Shown here piece after piece: positions 26,213 to 35,799 of a stretch of 38,063 bases of DNA (position 1 is its first letter; the number at the start of each line of letters is the position of its first letter). Source of the DNA: a virus (lineage: Duplodnaviria > Caudoviricetes). Both the position numbers and the translations under genes were made by a program. Location: positions 1 to 38,063 of IMG/VR virus record IMGVR_UViG_3300030372_004293, one strand, 5' to 3'. The notes under the pieces are model-generated. The model ran no database searches. It had not been told where the DNA came from and was given only the letters and a program-made list of their open reading frames with translations.

Positions 26213-27846
26213 TGGTAGTCCGTGTTTCAGAAGAGAGTTTGAACGACCGTAAGATTAGGTTGTGGCGGCTTAACAAGCATAAGGCCATGACTGAGCTTCT
26301 TAAGGTGCTCTCTGAGGAGCGGTCTATTGTCCCTTTCAGTTTTAGAAAGGGTCTTAAGAAGTATGGTCAGCTTAGGCGTAGGGAGAGGTGGATATACACC
26401 CTTAAGTCCAGACGCCTTGGGTATACGACTACTATAGCTGGCTATAACTTCATCGAGGCTCTCTTTGAGCCTAATACTCGAATCTGTGTGATTGCCCATA
26501 CGGATTCAGCAGCTAAGAAGATAGCTAGAATCTATTGGAGGTTCTGGCTCCATCTTCCTGACTGGATGAAGGAAAGAGAAGAGTTCGCCTCAATGCGCTC
26601 AAGCGCTTATGAACTCATCTTGGGCAACGGGTCCCGTATCGTTACAAGTACAGCCAACACCGAATCGTTCCGTGGCGAAGCCTACGACGTTATTCATATG
26701 AGCGAGTTCGCGTTCTATGCAGACATCGAGGCTACGCTCATGGCTGTGCTACAGACGGCTACGCCTGGGGCTAGGGTAGACTTTGAGACTACCGCTAACG
26801 GGATGAATGAAGCGCACGCTATCTGGGAAGACCCAGAGGTTGGCTACGCTAAGCACTTCGATACCTGGGTTGGTAACGTCCTGTGTGAAAGCGAAGAAAA
26901 GCCCAAGCGCATACCCGGTGAGATTGTTGAGCTTGGTAAGCAGGCCAGGCTAAACGTTAAGCAGCTCTGGTGGATTACGCATAGGTACCAGAAGTATTGC
27001 CGGGCTAACCTTAATATACTCAAGCAAGAGTACCCCCGGACGCCAGAGGAAGCCTTCATCACTACAGGTAGAAGGTTCTTCGCTAGCGTCTACTACCCAG
27101 GAGCCCAAGCCGTTGAAGGCTACAAGCAGTTTGCCCCGCCAAAGGTGGGCAGGCTCTACTCGATGGGAATTGATACCGCGACAGGGGACCCTAACGGAGA
27201 CTTCAGCGCGTTCGCCGTGTGGGACGTTACCAACAAGGCTAAGCCGCAGATTGCGTCGAGCTTTTATAAGCGGACAGACGTAATCCCTTTTGCCAGAATT
27301 ATTGTTGATGAGCTTAAGAAATACAACGCTTTGGCCGTACCTGAAGTCAATGGCGTTGGACTTACTATACTTACTCAGCTACAGCTATCTGGCTGGGGCT
27401 TTGTTTATCGACGTCTCCAGTACGACAAGATAGACAACCAACACAAAGAGACCCTGGGCTTTACCACCACGCGCAAGACAAGGACTATGGTCCTCGTAGC
27501 GCTACAAGAGCTGGTAGCCACAGGGATGCTAGAGGTCGTAGACGAAAGGCTTAAGGCTGAGATTAACGCCTTTATCTATGACAAGAGAGGCAAGCCTATC
27601 GCCTCCACTGGACACCACGACGACATGATATTTGCGCATGCACTGGCCTGGGAAGGTGCCAAGTACATAGAGATGGAACCGGAGATGAGGAAGGTGCAGA
27701 AGCCCTCTAACATCAGAGAACTCTTGCTATATGAGCTTCAGACCGGTAACACTAAGCGCAAGAAAGGTGAATGGCTAGGAGAGCCTGACGAAGAACCAGA
27801 ACCTTCCCCCATGCAAGTCCTGTTTAACAAGCAAAGGAAATCATAG
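26212..27846 (+). CDS. terL: Terminase large subunit
   Basis: LKSRRLGYTT (Walker A), IHMSEFAF (Walker B), ETTANG, and nuclease motifs GIDTATG..DFSA and HHDDMIFA. Confidence 0.95.
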   Translation: MVVRVSEESLNDRKIRLWRLNKHKAMTELLKVLSEERSIVPFSFRKGLKKYGQLRRRERWIYTLKSRRLGYTTTIAGYNFIEALFEPNTRICVIAHTDSAAKKIARIYWRFWLHLPDWMKEREEFASMRSSAYELILGNGSRIVTSTANTESFRGEAYDVIHMSEFAFYADIEATLMAVLQTATPGARVDFETTANGMNEAHAIWEDPEVGYAKHFDTWVGNVLCESEEKPKRIPGEIVELGKQARLNVKQLWWITHRYQKYCRANLNILKQEYPRTPEEAFITTGRRFFASVYYPGAQAVEGYKQFAPPKVGRLYSMGIDTATGDPNGDFSAFAVWDVTNKAKPQIASSFYKRTDVIPFARIIVDELKKYNALAVPEVNGVGLTILTQLQLSGWGFVYRRLQYDKIDNQHKETLGFTTTRKTRTMVLVALQELVATGMLEVVDERLKAEINAFIYDKRGKPIASTGHHDDMIFAHALAWEGAKYIEMEPEMRKVQKPSNIRELLLYELQTGNTKRKKGEWLGEPDEEPEPSPMQVLFNKQRKS

Positions 27847-27854
27847 AGGAAATT

Positions 27855-28676
27855 ATGGGAATCGAAACACCTGACATCCCGGCTGAAGAGTACAACAGTA
27901 TTGTTGAGCCGGAGGGGACTCCAGAGGCCCTTAACGAAACTTCTGAGCCAAGCGAGTCGGATGACCTGGCTAGCTTGTTAGACCGTGAAATGTCTAGTTC
28001 TGAAGAGCCGGGGTCAGCCCCCGAGGTCAAGGCGACGACTCAAACACCGCCAGCGGTTGATCATAGGTATGATGAGCTGAAGCGCCAGAATGACTGGTTT
28101 AAGCAGCAGCTTGAACATGCGATGGCTCAGCGTAATCAGCACCAGCAACGACCTGCTTCGCCACAGACACCCCGGCGACCTGCTGTTCCAGAGTTCCTGA
28201 AACAGATAGCCGAGGGCGAGTCGGTTGACCCCAGGATTATAGAGGCGCAGTGGAACCAAGCGCTCCACAACGCTGTTAGTCCTGTGCAACAACAAGTGGC
28301 CCAAATGGTCTCGCAGCAGCAAAACGCTGCTAAGCGTGCTGAAGCCGAAGCTCATCTAAACTCTTTGATTGAGACCGCTCAGAAGGCGCATCCTAATACG
28401 CCTCGACAATACCTCTTGGGACGAATCGTTAATGCGGGACCCAATGAAAAGCTCGACGTAACAGAGTACGCGCGTGAGTTTCAGGGAATGGTCGATGCCG
28501 AAATCACTAGACGGGGAGGGACGGTCCAACAGACCGCTGAGCCGGGGGCCAGTAAAAAGGTTCCTCGCGCTCGGCGGTCTGGCTCAGGGAAGTCTAATGA
28601 GTCGTCTGAGAAGAGTGCTGGCAAAGGTCTCCAAGATATTCACAACCGCTTACTACGTGCTGTCGGGAAACGATAA
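27855..28676 (+). CDS. Capsid scaffolding protein
   Basis: Acidic disordered N-terminus, Gln-rich helices and basic C-terminal helix; immediately before the capsid gene. Confidence 0.75.
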   Translation: MGIETPDIPAEEYNSIVEPEGTPEALNETSEPSESDDLASLLDREMSSSEEPGSAPEVKATTQTPPAVDHRYDELKRQNDWFKQQLEHAMAQRNQHQQRPASPQTPRRPAVPEFLKQIAEGESVDPRIIEAQWNQALHNAVSPVQQQVAQMVSQQQNAAKRAEAEAHLNSLIETAQKAHPNTPRQYLLGRIVNAGPNEKLDVTEYAREFQGMVDAEITRRGGTVQQTAEPGASKKVPRARRSGSGKSNESSEKSAGKGLQDIHNRLLRAVGKR

Positions 28677-28695
28677 ACACAAGTAGGAGAGTATT

Positions 28696-30204
28696 GTGGC
28701 ACACGGAATCGGAGCTGACACGTCGTCAGCAGCCTCTATCTTAAAGAAATGGTATCGCGGACCCGTTAAGTATGAGCTTAACGACCGCACCTGGGCGTTT
28801 AAGAACTTCAAAAAAAGCAGCTACTCATGGAACGGTTCTGAAGTAATCGTCCCAATTCACACTGGACGCAACAGCGGCGTTGGCTACAAGGCGGAAGGCG
28901 GCACGCTTCCGACCGCTGGCCACCAGACGTTCGAGCACTTGACCATCCCGGCCAAGTTTTACTACGGGCGTTTCCAGCTCACCGGCCCTTCAATGGCTAA
29001 GGCCAAGTCTTCAGGTCAAGGCGCGTTCCTTAACCTTCTTAAGACTGAGATGGACCGTCTTGTTATCGACGTGAGCATGAACGCTGACGCTCGTGCTGTG
29101 ACTGGTGGCCCAGTGCGTGGTCTTCTAAATGAGCACAAGGCTAACGCTGCCCAAACGGCAGCTCAGTCAAACGCTGCTCCTGGCGGTGGAGCTACCGTCT
29201 GGGAATACAGCGGAGATTACGCTCCGTTCTTAAATGTAGACCCAACAGCCGTGGCAGCAACTACCTGGGTTAAGGTCAACCTCATCCGGCTTGATACTTA
29301 CGAGCTGATTACAGGTGGTGGTGTTAATCCCAATATCTTTGTCACCAACATTCCTGCTGGTATTGGTCAGGGAAATCTTGCCCCTGGACAGATTGAGCTG
29401 ACGTTCTGTAGCGACACGGCAGGTGCGCCGTTCGACACCTTTGACACGTCAGTTGTTGAGGATGGTTACGCCATTGCGTTGCAGGTTGCAGCAACTCAGG
29501 CTGCAAGCGCAGCAGCTCCTACCACGATGGGGCTTGACCCGACTGTTGCTGCCTTTGACTTAACACCTGCTAACTATCCCCCGCAGTTTCCTCTCTACGC
29601 TACAGGTGGGAATTTAAGCACATGCTTAGAGCCTGAAGGTATGCTTTCCAACCTTTGCACGCAAAGCCACTTCGGCGTTGCCCGTGCAACTGTTGGCGGC
29701 GTTAAGCACATCCTCCAGTCGAATATGCACACGATGGCTGTCGGTGGCGCTCAAACTCGCACCACCCTTACAAAGAAACGCATCCAGCAAATGATGGACA
29801 AGGTTCTGCTGCGAAGCGGGAAAGAGTTCACTATCTTGGCTTGCTCGCCTATGCAGCGTGCTGAGTACGTTGCTTTGCTTACCGGGCTTATCGAAGTTAC
29901 TGGTCAGAAGGCTACGAAGGGAGACGCTGGGTTTGTCTCTACAGAGAAGGGCGGCCTGAGCTATGGCGGCTTGCGTATCTGGACGAGTCAGCACATCCCC
30001 GATGGAATGTGGTTCTTCCTTACTCTCGATGCCTGGGAGATGGCTACGCTTGAGGGAGGCGACTTTGCTGACCTCGACGGCTCCATCCTTAGCCGCGTAA
30101 GCGCATCGGATACCTGGGAAGGGTTCTGGCGTATGTATTACAACACGTACACCGCCTCCCCTAACTGCAATGCCGTCCTTACGGGCGTCAGTTTGGGCGC
30201 TTAG
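28696..30204 (+). CDS. Major capsid protein (HK97 fold, with large insertion)
   Basis: GSEVIVPIHTGRNSG...AEGGTLP E-loop-like segment and GLSYGGLRIWTSQHIPDG C-terminal segment; Ala/Thr/Gly-rich middle; SD AGGAG. Confidence 0.88.
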   Translation: MAHGIGADTSSAASILKKWYRGPVKYELNDRTWAFKNFKKSSYSWNGSEVIVPIHTGRNSGVGYKAEGGTLPTAGHQTFEHLTIPAKFYYGRFQLTGPSMAKAKSSGQGAFLNLLKTEMDRLVIDVSMNADARAVTGGPVRGLLNEHKANAAQTAAQSNAAPGGGATVWEYSGDYAPFLNVDPTAVAATTWVKVNLIRLDTYELITGGGVNPNIFVTNIPAGIGQGNLAPGQIELTFCSDTAGAPFDTFDTSVVEDGYAIALQVAATQAASAAAPTTMGLDPTVAAFDLTPANYPPQFPLYATGGNLSTCLEPEGMLSNLCTQSHFGVARATVGGVKHILQSNMHTMAVGGAQTRTTLTKKRIQQMMDKVLLRSGKEFTILACSPMQRAEYVALLTGLIEVTGQKATKGDAGFVSTEKGGLSYGGLRIWTSQHIPDGMWFFLTLDAWEMATLEGGDFADLDGSILSRVSASDTWEGFWRMYYNTYTASPNCNAVLTGVSLGA

Positions 30205-30207
30205 ATA

Positions 30208-30375
30208 ATGCTTGAGTTCATGCTGCTGTCGGCCTCGTTGCTCTTTCTTTCTGGAGCGTCCTTTGTTGGGCTGCTTGCATACAGAATGCACAAGGGTGAC
30301 AGGCTGACGCAGCATGACTCGATGCCTGTCAGCCCAATTCAGCAACACTTCGAAAGGTATAACGGGAGAGAATGA
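30208..30375 (+). CDS. Small protein with N-terminal transmembrane helix (55 aa), absent from the ORF track
   Basis: MLEFMLLSASLLFLSGASFVGLLAYRMHKGD...NGRE; ATGA overlap with the next gene. Confidence 0.65.
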   Translation: MLEFMLLSASLLFLSGASFVGLLAYRMHKGDRLTQHDSMPVSPIQQHFERYNGRE

Positions 30376-30989
30376 TGACTCAGAAAGCTAGCGATGGCTT
30401 CACGCTAGGAGCAGGCAACCTTTCGTTGCCTGACTTGGCGCAGCCCAATCTTACGACAACCGTTCCAGTAACCGTCCAGTCTAATTCGATTGTTAAGGGA
30501 GCTTTTACAATCGTTCAAATTGGCGACGGCGGCGGCCTTTGCGTTGCTCCGTACCTTGTTACTGATTTCAAAAATGCAGGAACCACGGGCAGCAAGGTGT
30601 GGCTTGTGTCAGGAACTCACGGGCAGTCTGATGCGGAGTACGTGTATGTGAAAGACCAGGGAGATGCGATTCCTGACAACCATGCTTCTCAGGCGTATAC
30701 CGTCTTTGTGAAAAAAGACGGGTCTGGCATTGCTTACTCTAGAGAGTCTGCCCACGCCTCAGATGATCCTCACGGGCAGACGATGTACTTATCCACCAGC
30801 TCTGGGCGACTTCTAGAGATTCCATACGTTGGAGGCGCTCACACGTCAGCAGACTATGTAAACCTTCTCTCCGACCATGCCGCAGCGGGTAACACCAACA
30901 CGGTAGTCGGCATAGGTGACGGCGGGTTAGGCGTCACCATGACATTCCAGACAAGCAGCAAGGCTTGCCTTGTTAATGTAATCTCTTAA
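30372..30989 (+). CDS. Putative virion structural/decoration protein, paralog A
   Basis: 205 aa, beta-rich; homologous to the next gene. Confidence 0.7.
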   Translation: MMTQKASDGFTLGAGNLSLPDLAQPNLTTTVPVTVQSNSIVKGAFTIVQIGDGGGLCVAPYLVTDFKNAGTTGSKVWLVSGTHGQSDAEYVYVKDQGDAIPDNHASQAYTVFVKKDGSGIAYSRESAHASDDPHGQTMYLSTSSGRLLEIPYVGGAHTSADYVNLLSDHAAAGNTNTVVGIGDGGLGVTMTFQTSSKACLVNVIS

Positions 30990-30999
30990 ACGGGAGAGA

Positions 31000-31632
31000 A
31001 TGATGACCCAGAAAGCTAGCGATGGCTTCACGCTAGGAACAGGGAACCTATCGTTACCAAACCTTGCGCAGCCAAACATTACAACTACGACAACCGTCAA
31101 AATTGCAAATAATAGCATTGATACCGCCAGCCGGGTTCACTTTTGTGCAGACGGAGGGATTGCTGTTATCACTTCTTTAGTTGCAGACTTCGCTACAGCC
31201 GGAGCCGCCGGGTCTAGAATGTGGCTGGTGTCTGGAGCTTTGGGAAGTAATGACGCTGACTACATATGGGTTAAAGACGGAAAGTTTGGGTCTGGGAACG
31301 AAGGCAATCTTTTATGCAGCAACGCTAGCATAAAGGGCGTGTACACTCTTCATGTAAAAAAAGATGGCAGCGAGTTTGTTTGGGAGCCAAACACAGCCCA
31401 CCCTGACAGAGGGGTTGTTGTTCCAAACTCAGTTTACATCTCGCTTATGTCTGGCAAGCTACTTGAGGTGAAATACAAAGACGGCGCAGCCGCTTCGTCT
31501 GATTACGTATATGCGACTTTTGACCATAGCAAAAAAGAGGGCAATGACATTATTGGGGCTAATTTTGGCTCTGATGTGACTTCAACAATCGAGACAAGCA
31601 GCAAGGCTTGCCTTGTCAATGTGATTGTTTAA
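31000..31632 (+). CDS. Putative virion structural/decoration protein, paralog B
   Basis: 210 aa; shares N-terminus MMTQKASDGFTLG and C-terminus TSSKACLVNVI with paralog A. Confidence 0.7.
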   Translation: MMTQKASDGFTLGTGNLSLPNLAQPNITTTTTVKIANNSIDTASRVHFCADGGIAVITSLVADFATAGAAGSRMWLVSGALGSNDADYIWVKDGKFGSGNEGNLLCSNASIKGVYTLHVKKDGSEFVWEPNTAHPDRGVVVPNSVYISLMSGKLLEVKYKDGAAASSDYVYATFDHSKKEGNDIIGANFGSDVTSTIETSSKACLVNVIV

Positions 31633-31636
31633 GCAG

Positions 31637-31927
31637 ATGGCCGACTACACTAACGTGCGGTCGGACGGGTGTACCGTCACTGGAACCATGGTTGATGGTA
31701 AAGTTGATGGGACAGTGACGGTCACCTACCCCAATGGTCAGAAAGAGTCAGTTAAGTATTACAGCATGAATGTCCCCGTAGGAACTCATACAACCTGGGA
31801 CGTATTTGGCGAAGTCGTGCTGACACTTAAGTATGAAAACGGGGAGGTCGTGGAAGTAAACGGGATGCCTGTAACGCCAGGGACGCCCCCGGATGACCCG
31901 CCCCCACCCCCCACACCTCCGGTGTAG
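31637..31927 (+). CDS. MORN-variant repeat protein with Pro-rich tail
   Basis: GKVDGTVTVTYPNGQKESVKYY...VGTHTTWDVFGEVV...YENGE; likely start ATG 31637. Confidence 0.7.
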   Translation: MADYTNVRSDGCTVTGTMVDGKVDGTVTVTYPNGQKESVKYYSMNVPVGTHTTWDVFGEVVLTLKYENGEVVEVNGMPVTPGTPPDDPPPPPTPPV

Positions 31928-31930
31928 AAG

Positions 31931-33523
31931 TTGGCAACGTACACAGTCGGCTCTGGTGGAGACTACACTGGCCTGCAAAGCTGCCTGCTGTCAGGGGTCC
32001 TTGCGGCAGGAGACACCGTTCAGATACTGGCTGGGCATAGCCAGGTCGATTCTGTTGGTCTTGGCGTAACGTGGCCGGATAACCTAATTGTCCAGGGTGA
32101 TATAAGCGACCCGTCTAACGCCGTGCTTGAGTGGGACAACCCAACGTCAGCATCGGATTCGCGGGTGCTGTTAATAAATAACGGAGCCACTGGCGTAACC
32201 TTTCGCGGCCTAACAATAAACTACACCGGCCCTTCCACAACGTATTCGACGTGCTATCGAGGCGGGTGGGCAGGGCATTCCGGCATTACGTTTGAAGATT
32301 GCAGGCTGTCTTCGTCAGGGAACTACGGGGTGCGCGTTGTCGGTGCAGGCTTTGTTCTCAGGAGGTGCAGGCTTGATAACTCAACAAACACCACTAGCAC
32401 CAACACCGTAGGAATGTATGCAGGCACATGCACTGTCGAGTCTTCACTTTGGGTGGGGTGGACCAAATGGGCCATGCTTGTATCCACCGCGACGATTACG
32501 AACACGACGATATACAACAGCAAAGATGCCTCACTGCTTAATACCGGCGGGCTTATAATCTACATAACGGCGAACGGAACAACGATCGCAAACTGTGTGG
32601 TACAGACAGTTAACTCGGTAAACTACCACAAGGGCATAGTCGCCACGTCGTCAGGGACGACAGGCACGCTCAAAAACAGTATTATTTCAGGCTTTTACAC
32701 CGACGTTTCTGCTCCTGGTTTTACTCAAACAAACGTCACGACAACAGCTGGCATTGGAACAAACCCCGTCTTAAGAGACCCTGCGGCAGGCGACTTCTAC
32801 CCCGCTAACCCTGGCCTTGCTTATCACACGGGAGACCCGTCATCGATACCAGCAGGGGGAGACCTTACTAGAAGGGCGTTTAACAACCCACCCTCTATGG
32901 GCGCTTTGGAGGTCATACCTCCCACCCCTCCCTCTACTCTTACCGTCTCTGGCGTGTTTGTTGTGCCGCCACCTAACGTCACAAGTATATCGACGCTCAA
33001 TATACCGCACACGCTTTCAGCTCCTTCTCAAATCAAAGACATCTATCTTGGCTACCCAGCTATGGGCAACGTTGTCTCCCTAGTCTCGGACTTTACCGGA
33101 GCGGGAAGCGCAGGCAACAGGCTGTGGCTGGCCAAGGGAACGCTTGGAGCTTCCGACGGAGAATACATTCCTATCTGCGATACAGAGAGTAACCTGGCCA
33201 ACTGCCTAAGAACGACAGACTCTGTTCGCTCAATCTATGCAGTCTTTGTGGACCACGGGAACAAGAGGCTTGTTTGGGACCAGGAGAACCCGGCCCATGT
33301 GGCTGCTGGAGAGCCCACGAAGGCAACATATTACATAGCGACAAGCACTGGCCGCCTCATTCCTGTAACATACTACGCATCAGCGGGAGCAGTGTTTGGC
33401 AAGCTAACCTGCCCGAATGCAGCTTCTGCTTCTACAACTAATGATATAATAGGGGCCAACACTGGCACGGCGACAGAGATTCTAACCAGCAGAAGCGCCT
33501 GCTTCATAAACATAGACGCTTAG
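31931..33523 (+). CDS. Right-handed beta-helix protein fused to a C-terminal paralog-C domain
   Basis: TYTVGSGGDY start, rungs VTFRGLTI / ITFEDCRL / VLRRCRL / TIANCVV, cap NPVLRDPAAGDF...PSMGALE; the last ~195 aa align with paralogs A and B. Confidence 0.8.
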   Translation: MATYTVGSGGDYTGLQSCLLSGVLAAGDTVQILAGHSQVDSVGLGVTWPDNLIVQGDISDPSNAVLEWDNPTSASDSRVLLINNGATGVTFRGLTINYTGPSTTYSTCYRGGWAGHSGITFEDCRLSSSGNYGVRVVGAGFVLRRCRLDNSTNTTSTNTVGMYAGTCTVESSLWVGWTKWAMLVSTATITNTTIYNSKDASLLNTGGLIIYITANGTTIANCVVQTVNSVNYHKGIVATSSGTTGTLKNSIISGFYTDVSAPGFTQTNVTTTAGIGTNPVLRDPAAGDFYPANPGLAYHTGDPSSIPAGGDLTRRAFNNPPSMGALEVIPPTPPSTLTVSGVFVVPPPNVTSISTLNIPHTLSAPSQIKDIYLGYPAMGNVVSLVSDFTGAGSAGNRLWLAKGTLGASDGEYIPICDTESNLANCLRTTDSVRSIYAVFVDHGNKRLVWDQENPAHVAAGEPTKATYYIATSTGRLIPVTYYASAGAVFGKLTCPNAASASTTNDIIGANTGTATEILTSRSACFINIDA

Positions 33524-33531
33524 GGGTAGCC

Positions 33532-33873
33532 ATGACGATGAAGAGCAACCTTACCGCAGCTCCTCAAGGTGAAGAGGATGCGAAAGCTGCCGCACGTAGG
33601 GAGCTTCAGATGCAGAGGCAGCAGCCCCAAGACTCAAGGTCCGTTATAAACGTAGGCAACTCTACCGCTCAAGAGGACATGCCCGGCTATCAGGAAAGCC
33701 AGGCCGTTAAAGATGCGTTTGCTAGAACAGTGGCCAAGAACCAGATGGAAAAAGCAAACGAGACAACCTTCATGGACGTCCTTAACCCCATTGCCATGGT
33801 AAACAGCCTGGTCCCTGGCGGTGGAATCCTTAACGCATTTAGCAAGATGTTTGATTCAGACAACACGGCTTAA
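33532..33873 (+). CDS. Hypothetical protein
   Basis: 113-aa ORF filling the gap before the portal gene. Confidence 0.65.
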   Translation: MTMKSNLTAAPQGEEDAKAAARRELQMQRQQPQDSRSVINVGNSTAQEDMPGYQESQAVKDAFARTVAKNQMEKANETTFMDVLNPIAMVNSLVPGGGILNAFSKMFDSDNTA

Positions 33874-33891
33874 GATGGCTGGAGATTAGCA

Positions 33892-35799
33892 ATGGCGCTC
33901 ATCCCGTTTATGAAAAAGAGCAAGAGCGACGAGCCGGACTTCCCTAAAGACCCGGCGTCGATGATTACTCGCTCTAAGAACGACCGGAACCTAGACAAAG
34001 AGGTCTGGGATTTGTGCGCCCAGTTTCTTCAAGGCAACCAGTGGCTAAGATGGAGAGACAAGGACGAGATATGGCGCACGATTGTTGACAAGCAAGACAG
34101 CCAATTCGAGCGCATAACCGTAAACAACATCCTTGTTAGGTATCGCAACGTCCGCTCCCGACTGTCACTTGCGTATCCGTCTATTGCGGTAATGCCGGCC
34201 AGCACATCTCCTGAAGACATCACTAAGGCCAAGGCTTCCGAACTTGCTATCAGCTACCTGTGGAAGGCTGACGACCTTGAGGGGAAGTTCGACAAGGCTA
34301 TCGGGCACCTTCTTACATTTGGTTGCGCCGGGCTTCACACCTACTACGACGAGTACCTTGGCAGGCCAACTGTTGAGGTCTTCTCTCCTTACGACATCTT
34401 TCCAGAGCCTGACTGCTCCAGCTTTGAAGACTGCGACTGGTGCGCAATAAGGACTTTCCACACAAAGAAAGACCTTCTTGAGACATACGGAGTTACGCCA
34501 AAGCTCCGCAAGCTCATTGAGGCTAACGCTTCAGCGCCCATGAGCCCGGTAAGCGAAGGCGCTAACTACACAGACGGGGAGAGGCACCCCAAGAACCGCA
34601 TCGAGCTGTACGAGTTCTACTGGCGAGATGGCCGGCATGGCATAGCCCTTAACGACGTGTGGCTCTACAAGGGATACGAAGACAAGTACGACTATCCTAT
34701 TGAGATAATCGAATACTCAAACATCCCAACGAAGCTCTGGCCTATCGGGTTAGTCATGCCAATGATTGACCCGCAGTACCAGTACAACAAAACCAGAAGC
34801 AGGATTGGGGCTAACGTGGCTGTTCACAGCAGCCCCGTCTGGATGGTTCCTCGAGGTGCCGGCGTAGCTAAGACAGCGCTAAGCAATCGGCCTAACTCTG
34901 TAGTTATGTATAATCAGGGAGCCGGCAAGCCTACTAGAGATGCTCCGCCCCCTGTCTCGTCTGGCGCGTTTACTCACGCAGAGATGCTGGTCAGAGAGAT
35001 TGATGACGCCAGCGGCACCTACCGCACGATGATGGGCCAGAGAGAGCCTGGCATCCACAGCGGCACAGCCATTAGAGAGATGGCCAACCAGGGCGTTACG
35101 CAGTTGCAGATGACACAGGCTAGCATTGAGCGCGCCGCTGTCCGCGTAGCCAAGCGTATGCTTAAGCTGATGGCTGCAAACATTGAGACGAGTAAGGTGA
35201 TTACTGCGTTTGATAGCTCAGGGCTTATCGTCTCGCAGGCAATCGCTAACACCAACCTGTCTGAAACGCCTGAAGTGTTCTTCCAGGCAGGCTCCATGTT
35301 TAGAGACAATGCCGCCGAAAGAGAGCGCGCACTGCTTGACCAGTTTGACCGAGGGTTAATTACGCCACAGGAATACAGGCAGCAGTCCACGTTTAGGTCT
35401 GGGCCTGTCTTTGCTGTACAGAGAATGGAATCTATATCTCATTTTAGAGAACTGCTTGAAGCCGCTAAGGCAGGCTACATCATCGAGATACCCCCATGGG
35501 CAGACCTCGAAGCATTCCGCATTGTGTGGGAGCAGTTCATGAAGTCTCCAGAGTACTACTCTCTGGAGCCTGCTCCCTGGCAGTACGTTGCCGAAGTGTA
35601 CACACAGGTGATGCAGATGTTGATGGGTGGTGCTCCTGGCGCAGCTCCTCCAGCCGATGGAGCACCGCCCAGCAACATGGCTAGCGTTCAGAATAGGGCT
35701 GGGGCTGCGGGAGCAATGGCTACTAGTCCCCAGGCTGAGTTCACCCAGGCTCCAGCCCCCCCAACTATCCCCGGCAATAAAGGGGTGGAGGCCGTATGA
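33892..35799 (+). CDS. Portal protein (P22-like)
   Basis: FLQGNQW, ITVNNI, SPYDIFPEP, WPIGLVMPMIDPQYQYNK and SGTAI motifs; Pro/Ala-rich C-terminal tail. Confidence 0.9.
   Translation: MALIPFMKKSKSDEPDFPKDPASMITRSKNDRNLDKEVWDLCAQFLQGNQWLRWRDKDEIWRTIVDKQDSQFERITVNNILVRYRNVRSRLSLAYPSIAVMPASTSPEDITKAKASELAISYLWKADDLEGKFDKAIGHLLTFGCAGLHTYYDEYLGRPTVEVFSPYDIFPEPDCSSFEDCDWCAIRTFHTKKDLLETYGVTPKLRKLIEANASAPMSPVSEGANYTDGERHPKNRIELYEFYWRDGRHGIALNDVWLYKGYEDKYDYPIEIIEYSNIPTKLWPIGLVMPMIDPQYQYNKTRSRIGANVAVHSSPVWMVPRGAGVAKTALSNRPNSVVMYNQGAGKPTRDAPPPVSSGAFTHAEMLVREIDDASGTYRTMMGQREPGIHSGTAIREMANQGVTQLQMTQASIERAAVRVAKRMLKLMAANIETSKVITAFDSSGLIVSQAIANTNLSETPEVFFQAGSMFRDNAAERERALLDQFDRGLITPQEYRQQSTFRSGPVFAVQRMESISHFRELLEAAKAGYIIEIPPWADLEAFRIVWEQFMKSPEYYSLEPAPWQYVAEVYTQVMQMLMGGAPGAAPPADGAPPSNMASVQNRAGAAGAMATSPQAEFTQAPAPPTIPGNKGVEAV

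Noticed and set aside
29626-30348. 240-aa antisense ORF over the capsid gene, and similar shadow ORFs such as 11601-12182
   Set aside because: They lie opposite well-supported genes and have no RBS or recognisable motifs.
30361-31632. Diversity-generating retroelement TR/VR pair
   Set aside because: No reverse transcriptase was found, and differences between the repeats are not adenine-specific.
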